Translations under genes and position numbers: made by a program
Source: Promethearchaeota archaeon
Lineage (GTDB): Archaea; Asgardarchaeota; Lokiarchaeia; Sigyniarchaeales; SOKP01
NCBI GenBank assembly: GCA_019058365.1
Contig: JAHPZE010000002.1
Location: 256,001-320,000 of the forward strand
Direction of reading: 5' to 3'
Length of the DNA: 64,000 nt
In this document: piece after piece, positions 57,639-64,000 of the stretch
Layout of the letters: each line of letters opens with the position of its first letter
Position numbering within the stretch: the first letter of the stretch is position 1
Notes under the pieces: model-generated
Seen by the model: the letters and a program-made list of their open reading frames with translations, nothing else
Told to the model about the DNA's origin: nothing
Databases searched by the model: none

Positions 57639-60494
57639 TTATTCCAATTTTTTTTGAGCGAAACTAATATTTTTCTTAATAGAAGTTGCTAAGGGTGAAT
57701 CATTAAACTCGATTTCCTCTAAGAAATTCATAGCAATATTGAATTTATCTAGAGCTTCTTGGTATTTTCCTTGTTTAAAATATATTAACCCGATTCTATT
57801 GTTATATTTAGATTTTTTTGTTTTTTGTATTTTTTCTTCTAATTCGTCAGAAATCTTTAATGCTTTTTCATATAATTTTATCGCTTCAACTTGATTCCCT
57901 AATTTGTTATTCATATTAGCAATATTACTCAAATCAGTGGCAGTTTCAGCTAAATCACCAAGAATCTCATGAACCTTCATTAATTTATCAAAATATTCCA
58001 AAGCTGCTTGAAATTCTTTTTGTTTTTCATATGTTTTTGAAAGACTATTAAGGAGTATAACTTGCCATTCAAGATTCTCTAATTTTTCACTAATTTCTAA
58101 TGCTTCTTTCCATTTTTCAATAGCAATTAAAGGATTTCCAATGGTATTATTAATTAGTCCAATTGTATTAAGACATAAAGCTTTATCAGGAAGGTTATTA
58201 TATTTTGTATATATTTCAAGAGCCTTTTCGTATGAACCTAATGCTTCATCATAATTTTCTAAGCCAGTATATAGCTGTCCAATCGCATTTAAAGTAGTGG
58301 CCTTTTCTAGGTGATTTTCTATTTTTTCAGTAATTTCTAATGAATTTTTATAATATTCTAGTGCTTTCGTATGATCTCCTTGAACTCTATAACTATTACC
58401 TATATTATTCATAATAATAGAAATTGATAATTGATTTCCCAATTGCTCAAATATTTCTGTAGCTTCTTTATAATACTCTATCGCATCAGAAAAGTTTTCT
58501 TGCCTTTCAAAAACTGTACCAATGTTGTTTAATGATACAGCAATGTCGGGTAGATTTTTTAACTTTTTATTTAATTCAAGTCCCTTTTTATACCAGTTTA
58601 GAGCTTCTGTGTACATTTCTTGATCAAAATATACACCACCAATATTGCAATACACTGCAGCTTTATCAGCCTCTATCTTTAGTTTTTCTTTAATTTCAAG
58701 AGATTGATGATATATTTCTAAAGATTTTTCGAACTTTTTGAGATGTTGATAAACTAATGCCAAATTATTTAGACTAATAGCCTTACTTGTCAAATTCCCA
58801 ACTCTTTCAGTTAATTCAAGCGCTTTTTCAAACCATTTTAAAGCTTCATAGTCATCTCCGAGATCAAAATGTATTAAACCTATATTGTTGTATGATACTG
58901 CTATTCCTGGAAAGTTAGCTAATTGTTCATCAATTGCCAGAGAATCAAGGTAATATTTTAGAGCTATGTTAATATCACCTTTGTCATAATAGAGGCTTCC
59001 AATATCGTTTAAGCATTTTGATTTTGCTGAAAGATCTCCAACTTTTTCAGTTAATTTTAGAGCAGTTTGATATTTTTTTAGTGACTCATCAAATTCTCCT
59101 AAATTTTGAAGAGTATTCCCCATATTAATTAAATATATACCTTTCCTTTGATCATCCTGCAAATTTTCTGCAATTTTCAAAGCATGTTCATAGCTTTTTA
59201 AGGCTTCATCATATTTACCCTGTTCTTCATAAATCTTTCCAATATTTGCATAGCTCCCTGGCTTTTCTGACGCTAAACCTAGCTCTTCATCAATTTGAAT
59301 AGATTCATGATATTTTTCTAAAGCTTCTTCGTAATTACTTTGATTATAATTGATAAATCCAATGTTACTTAATATCACTGATTTGTTTTCTAAATCGCCT
59401 GTATTAGATGAAATCTCAATCATTTCTTTCGCACATCTCATTGCATCATCATACATACCTAAATCAAGATATATCTTATGAGGTATAAAGTATTTCGTAA
59501 ATTTACTCGGTTTGTCAATATTAATTTTTAGCCATTCTAACGGATTCACTTCAGAATCATTATGATTAATAGGAGGTTTAGTTTTCATCATTTCTTTTAT
59601 TAATCGAGATGTATTTACATCAACTCTATATATATGTTCAGCAAAATCCATTCGCTTAATATCTGCAAGAATTTGATTTACTTTGCTTATAGTATCATAA
59701 TTTTTCAATGTCTCTTCGTCAATTTCAAAAATGTGAGCTTTATTTGCATCATCTTTAATATAATTTATCCAGATAACGTTTTTAATGTTTTTAAGTGCTT
59801 TTATAGTTGGAACGACATCAAAATCGTCACTTCCAGAATAACCCATAATTATAAATGAACGGTTTTTTGAGATATTTTCGAATAGATCCCGTTTAAATAG
59901 CTCGACTTGAAAAACATTCACCCCTTCTTTATTTGAGCCAAATGCTTGAATTGTAGCAACCAATGTATTACTAGTATCTTCACCTTTTATTAGATTTTTC
60001 TTTGAACCATGGATTTTATAAAGAGTTTTCAATCCTCTTGCATAAAGATTTTCAGGGTCATTGTATTTTTCAAAATTCTTTTGAGTTATAATTATCTTTA
60101 ATTCCTCTTTAGGAATCCCAATCTGGAGTAATGCATGTTCTATTAAAAAATCAAAATTAGTTGTCATTACAAAATTGCCGTTATTTATCATCTCAGCGAG
60201 AAAAAAGTGTTGAATATTTGGATTTTCACATTCTCCATAATAATCAATAATTTTCAAATCATCATCTATATTATCTCGCACTATTTCAACTAATGCTTCA
60301 AATCTTAGATTCTCTAATCGAGATATTTTTTCTACCTCCGATTCAACACAGGTATATTGAATGATTGCATCCATCATTGGACGTCCAGCTGGTAATCTTG
60401 AAGGAGCATCTACAGAACACCCCGCACCAACAAGAAATGTAAGTTTTTGGTCTTTCCCAATTAGTTCATTTATTGAGAAATTTACTTCTTCCAT
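57639..60494 (-). CDS. SIR2-like (SIR2_2) domain fused to a long TPR array
   Basis: FLVGAGCS, TTNFD, KIHGS and GYSGSDDFD motifs, followed by many ~40-aa TPR repeats (LNNIG...Y..AL). Confidence 0.88.
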   Translation of the reverse strand: MEEVNFSINELIGKDQKLTFLVGAGCSVDAPSRLPAGRPMMDAIIQYTCVESEVEKISRLENLRFEALVEIVRDNIDDDLKIIDYYGECENPNIQHFFLAEMINNGNFVMTTNFDFLIEHALLQIGIPKEELKIIITQKNFEKYNDPENLYARGLKTLYKIHGSKKNLIKGEDTSNTLVATIQAFGSNKEGVNVFQVELFKRDLFENISKNRSFIIMGYSGSDDFDVVPTIKALKNIKNVIWINYIKDDANKAHIFEIDEETLKNYDTISKVNQILADIKRMDFAEHIYRVDVNTSRLIKEMMKTKPPINHNDSEVNPLEWLKINIDKPSKFTKYFIPHKIYLDLGMYDDAMRCAKEMIEISSNTGDLENKSVILSNIGFINYNQSNYEEALEKYHESIQIDEELGLASEKPGSYANIGKIYEEQGKYDEALKSYEHALKIAENLQDDQRKGIYLINMGNTLQNLGEFDESLKKYQTALKLTEKVGDLSAKSKCLNDIGSLYYDKGDINIALKYYLDSLAIDEQLANFPGIAVSYNNIGLIHFDLGDDYEALKWFEKALELTERVGNLTSKAISLNNLALVYQHLKKFEKSLEIYHQSLEIKEKLKIEADKAAVYCNIGGVYFDQEMYTEALNWYKKGLELNKKLKNLPDIAVSLNNIGTVFERQENFSDAIEYYKEATEIFEQLGNQLSISIIMNNIGNSYRVQGDHTKALEYYKNSLEITEKIENHLEKATTLNAIGQLYTGLENYDEALGSYEKALEIYTKYNNLPDKALCLNTIGLINNTIGNPLIAIEKWKEALEISEKLENLEWQVILLNSLSKTYEKQKEFQAALEYFDKLMKVHEILGDLAETATDLSNIANMNNKLGNQVEAIKLYEKALKISDELEEKIQKTKKSKYNNRIGLIYFKQGKYQEALDKFNIAMNFLEEIEFNDSPLATSIKKNISFAQKKLE

Positions 60495-60584
60495 ATTAAA
60501 CTCTTAAATTAATGATTTCTCTTAAAATTATTAGAATATCATAAATGAATAAAATAAGAGTTTTGTAAGGAATAATCTATGAAT

Positions 60585-60998
60585 TTATAGAAAATTCAAT
60601 GATGAGATTAGTTGATATTGATCTTCTGATATTTTATCTTTTACTACTTCAAAAAGCTCTAAAAGCACATTGTCGGGAGCTGCTGCCATTACATAATTTA
60701 AAGGACCAAAATTCTTTATTTCATTAATAAATTGAAACCCTCTTTTTTCCATATGTACTACGAGAGCCTTTAAATCATCGGTTTCAATCCCCAAATGATG
60801 AATAGCTCCTCGTCCTTGGTCCTTAGGTGGTTGATCATAAAAATTAATTTTCGATGATCCGATTGAAATCATTACATTTCGAGCTCCTGCCATTTTTAAA
60901 TCAAATAAAACTTTAGCTCCAAACATATCCCGATAAAACTTGATACTCTCATCAAGATTAGAAGCAAAAAGATGTGCATGATGGAGTGATGTTTTCAT
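60585..60998 (-). CDS. VOC/glyoxalase family protein
   Basis: LHHAHLF, IHHLGI and PDNVLLELFE motifs. Confidence 0.88.
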   Translation of the reverse strand: MKTSLHHAHLFASNLDESIKFYRDMFGAKVLFDLKMAGARNVMISIGSSKINFYDQPPKDQGRGAIHHLGIETDDLKALVVHMEKRGFQFINEIKNFGPLNYVMAAAPDNVLLELFEVVKDKISEDQYQLISSLNFL

Positions 60999-61149
60999 AT
61001 TTTTACCTTTTATTATTCATGATATAAATTTTAATATATGAATTATGTAATGATATTATTAAATCTTTATACTTGGTTTCTTTTTGGGTTTAAATAGGAG
61101 AATAGAAATAGAAACCAGGTTATTGATTAAGCTAGAAATCTATTTAAAA

Positions 61150-61563
61150 TCAATTTTTACATTTTTTGCAATATCTATATACTTTTATTTCTTGGTTAAT
61201 TGGATGGATTTTTAATTCTTCCATAGTTAAATCCCAGAATTCTTTGATTTTATTCGAAAATAAATCTTCAATCTCATTACATTTTGGGCATATGATATGA
61301 ATGTGAAATTCCAGTTGATTTTCATATCTTTGAACTCCATCGATTTCTATTCGAGTAATTATCCCTAATTCTTCTAAAAGATGTAAAATCTGATAAACTG
61401 TAGATTTACTAATATTTTCAAATCTTTTCTCAACAATTTCAAAAATATCTTCTGCTCTAGGATGATTTTGGTTATTTAATAATGCTTCAAAAACTGCTAT
61501 TCTTTGAGGTGTTATTTTAATTCCTTTTTTCTTGAAAAGAACTTTCAAACTTTGCTTACTCAT
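61150..61563 (-). CDS. perR: Fur/PerR-family regulator
   Basis: ITPQRIAV, HPRAE, STVY, HIHIICPKC and CKKC motifs; divergent from the peroxiredoxin. Confidence 0.8.
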   Translation of the reverse strand: MSKQSLKVLFKKKGIKITPQRIAVFEALLNNQNHPRAEDIFEIVEKRFENISKSTVYQILHLLEELGIITRIEIDGVQRYENQLEFHIHIICPKCNEIEDLFSNKIKEFWDLTMEELKIHPINQEIKVYRYCKKCKN

Positions 61564-61594
61564 AAATAGATTAAAGATTTATATTTTATAAAAC

Positions 61595-61617
61595 TAGTTA
61601 TTATAAACTAATAACTA
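61595..61617. promoter_or_regulatory. Inverted repeat TAGTTATTA-N5-TAATAACTA, putative Fur/PerR operator
   Basis: Perfect 9-bp arms between the divergent perR and prx genes. Confidence 0.65.
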
Positions 61618-61672
61618 TTATCTAATATTAACTTTTAAATAATAATCATTATTAACAAAAAAAGTGAAATAA

Positions 61673-62341
61673 ATGAATAATGAAAATATTGGAATACCAT
61701 TAATAGGAGATAAATTTCCTGAAATGGAAGTAATGACGACTCATGGAATGATGAAGCTTCCTGATGATGCTAATGAAGGAGGAAAATGGTGGTTTATCTT
61801 ATTTAGTCACCCAGCAGATTTTACACCAGTTTGTACAACCGAATTCCATGCGTTTGCGAAAAGAAATGATCAATTTCAAGCAATGAATACAAGATTGATA
61901 GGTCTTTCAATTGATCAAGTATTTTCACATATTAAATGGACAGAATGGATTAAAGAAAATTTAGATACTGAGATTCCTTTTCCTATTATTGCTGATCATG
62001 GTGCAGTCGCTAATAAATTGGGAATGATTCATCCTGGTAAAGGATCAAATACAGTAAGAGCAGTATTTATTGTGGATGCTGAAGGTAAAATTAGAATAAT
62101 TTTATATTATCCACAAGAAATTGGGCGTAATATGGACGAGATTTTAAGATGTGTAAAAGCTTTACAAACTGCTGATAAAGAAAAAGTTGCATTACCTGCG
62201 AATTGGCCTAACAATGAATTATTCGGTGATCATGCTATTATCCCTCCTGCTAAAGATGTAAATACCGCTAAGGAAAGACTTGCTAACGCAGGAAAAGATT
62301 ATGAGTGCCTTGATTGGTGGCTATGTCATAAAAAATTATAA
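61673..62341 (+). CDS. Peroxiredoxin (Prx6/archaeal type)
   Basis: [28 protein letters not shown] and C-terminal CLDWWLC motifs. Confidence 0.95.
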   Translation: MNNENIGIPLIGDKFPEMEVMTTHGMMKLPDDANEGGKWWFILFSHPADFTPVCTTEFHAFAKRNDQFQAMNTRLIGLSIDQVFSHIKWTEWIKENLDTEIPFPIIADHGAVANKLGMIHPGKGSNTVRAVFIVDAEGKIRIILYYPQEIGRNMDEILRCVKALQTADKEKVALPANWPNNELFGDHAIIPPAKDVNTAKERLANAGKDYECLDWWLCHKKL

Positions 62342-62387
62342 TCTTTTTTTTTTTAAACTAAGATATGTATTTCTTTAAAAATGTATG

Positions 62388-63422
62388 TTAGAATCTTTTC
62401 ATTTTTTTAGGATAAGCTTGAAATGGGGTCCGTGGTTCAGTAGAAATCCATTCAGTATTCTCTTCTAAATGTGAAAGAGAATATAATAAATCAAAAGTTA
62501 ACCAATGTGTCACTTTTGGATGGTTAATATAATCCCACAATCCAAATTCTCCTCGTTCAGATTTTATAAACTCTATAAATTCAGAAACACGATTATCATC
62601 CTCACTAGCACCAATCCTCCAACAAAGATTCAATAGATGAGCAATATCAAATTTAGCCATAAATGTAATTTGTCCAATAGATTTTTCTAACCCTATAAGC
62701 CTAGCAACCACGAAACCAAGGTTACTTCTTAATTTTGTATCTGTTCCAAGGATTAGATCTAATGCTCGCTTAGCTTCTTCACTTTTTCTACGATTTGGAT
62801 GATAAGCAAAACAACTAAGAACTGCTGTTGTATTTGATCGGCATCCCCATTTTGAATGAGCTAAACGTCGATATCTAGCAATACCTCCATAATTTCCCGC
62901 AGACAAACCAACAGGCCATGCACCATCTTCTAGACGTTGTTCTATTAACCATTCAAATGCCTTTTCAGATCTTACATCAGTTGCATAACCACACATTACT
63001 AATCCTAAGAGTGGAATCGCAGTTTGAATAGGCATCATTTGATACCCAATCTCCTCATCAGTTCGTAACTTTTTACCCGGCATTGGCCAAGAACCATTAT
63101 TTTGTTGTTTTGAAAAAATAAATTCTGCAGCTTTCTGTATTACTTGATGAGACGAATCAAATCTTAAGTAACCAAGTCTCTGTAATACCATAGAAGTTAT
63201 TTGAAGGTTATCGTTATATATCAATTGATTTATCCCGAAAGAATCCCAAGATCCATTAGAATTTTGAAGTTTAAACAAAGTTTTAACAAGTGGATCTAAT
63301 TCTCTCATTTCCAATAGTTCTTGAACTTCTTTTTCATTCTCAGGAAGATGTAATAATTCAGTCAATACTAAATATCGTAAACAAGGTGATGGATCAGTTA
63401 ATAAAAGTGGAATCCAAGTCAC
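62388..63422 (-). CDS. Prenyltransferase/squalene-cyclase-like alpha-alpha toroid protein
   Basis: QNSNGSW, QQNNGSW and QRLEDGAW (QW-like repeats). Confidence 0.7.
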   Translation of the reverse strand: MTWIPLLLTDPSPCLRYLVLTELLHLPENEKEVQELLEMRELDPLVKTLFKLQNSNGSWDSFGINQLIYNDNLQITSMVLQRLGYLRFDSSHQVIQKAAEFIFSKQQNNGSWPMPGKKLRTDEEIGYQMMPIQTAIPLLGLVMCGYATDVRSEKAFEWLIEQRLEDGAWPVGLSAGNYGGIARYRRLAHSKWGCRSNTTAVLSCFAYHPNRRKSEEAKRALDLILGTDTKLRSNLGFVVARLIGLEKSIGQITFMAKFDIAHLLNLCWRIGASEDDNRVSEFIEFIKSERGEFGLWDYINHPKVTHWLTFDLLYSLSHLEENTEWISTEPRTPFQAYPKKMKRF

Positions 63423-64000
63423 TTTCCTTCCTCCAATACTTTTTTTAAATATGGTGCTGTTGGCGTATCTAATTTAGCGAGTTCATCAGGAGGACCCTTC
63501 GCAATTACTCGACCTCCTTCTGGTCCTGCTCCTGGACCAAGTTCAATTAACCAATCACATGATGCTAATACATGAGGATGGTGTTCGATGATTACAACAG
63601 TATTACCATTATCCACTAAAAGATGTAGAACATCAATTAATTTGGAAACATCCTCTAAGTGTTGCCCAATAGTCGGTTCATCTAAAATATAAAGTGTTTT
63701 ATTATTAGATTTTTTTGATAATTCCTTTACAATTTTAAGCCTTTGAGCTTCACCTCCAGAAAGGGTGCGAGCAGGTTGATTTAATTGCAAATATCCAAGG
63801 CCTACTTTCTCAGCGTAATTTAATTTTGTGAAAATAGTATCAAAATCTTTAAACAATTGATATGCTTCATCAATAGTTAAATTATTTATCTCGGGTAGCG
63901 AAATACCTTCAAAATGTATTTGCCACGCTTCCGTTTGATAACCTGTTCCTTTACAAATTTCACAAGTTTCAACAATATCTGGCAAAAATTTCATATCAAT
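63419..64000 (-). CDS. uvrA: UvrA-family ABC ATPase, C-terminal part; truncated by the window edge
   Basis: CEICKG, VGLGYL, TLSGGEAQRLK, LDEPTIG, IEHH and LGPGAG motifs. Confidence 0.85.
   Translation of the reverse strand: MDMKFLPDIVETCEICKGTGYQTEAWQIHFEGISLPEINNLTIDEAYQLFKDFDTIFTKLNYAEKVGLGYLQLNQPARTLSGGEAQRLKIVKELSKKSNNKTLYILDEPTIGQHLEDVSKLIDVLHLLVDNGNTVVIIEHHPHVLASCDWLIELGPGAGPEGGRVIAKGPPDELAKLDTPTAPYLKKVLEEGK

Noticed and set aside
2020-59858. Short ORF-track entries overlapping longer genes (e.g. 2020, 5406, 7984, 13376, 16857, 25956, 29056, 33316, 39226, 41982, 44705, 51620, 59634)
   Set aside because: They are antisense or alternate-frame shadows of well-supported genes, with no motifs.
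61673-62341. Peroxiredoxin as a selenoprotein
   Set aside because: The active site is encoded as Cys (TPVCTTE) and there is no in-frame TGA.

Overview
Very AT-rich archaeal DNA, almost certainly from an Asgard (Lokiarchaeia-like) genome. The evidence is a Lokiactin-type actin, a profilin-like domain, a roadblock-like protein, a small GTPase, SCP2 proteins, an SMC5/6-like operon and tRNAs with bulge-helix-bulge (BHB) introns. All family assignments come from motif recognition, not database searches. The left half is mostly metabolic and housekeeping: Thermotoga-type inositol catabolism iolO/iolN plus uxuAB, two intron-containing tRNAs, MutY, TatD, ThyA, Maf, RimK and an SMC operon. The right half is accessory: an arsenic locus, an ABC cassette, a chelatase, a methyltransferase cluster, an actin locus, SIR2-TPR, PerR/Prx and UvrA. 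Two candidate new systems stand out. (1) In the arsR-acr3 locus, two paralogous ubiquitin-like (beta-grasp) genes appear to be selenoproteins with tandem in-frame TGA-TGA codons (D-U-U-A versus G-C-U-U). Each has a conserved read-through tail and a covarying eukaryote-like AUGA/AA/GA SECIS hairpin. (2) An actin gene with a probable ATT start lies upstream of a profilin-TrmB fusion regulator. The actin promoter and the promoter of a profilin-less paralogous regulator share a TTGTC-N10-GACAA palindrome, suggesting an actin-sensing transcription circuit.
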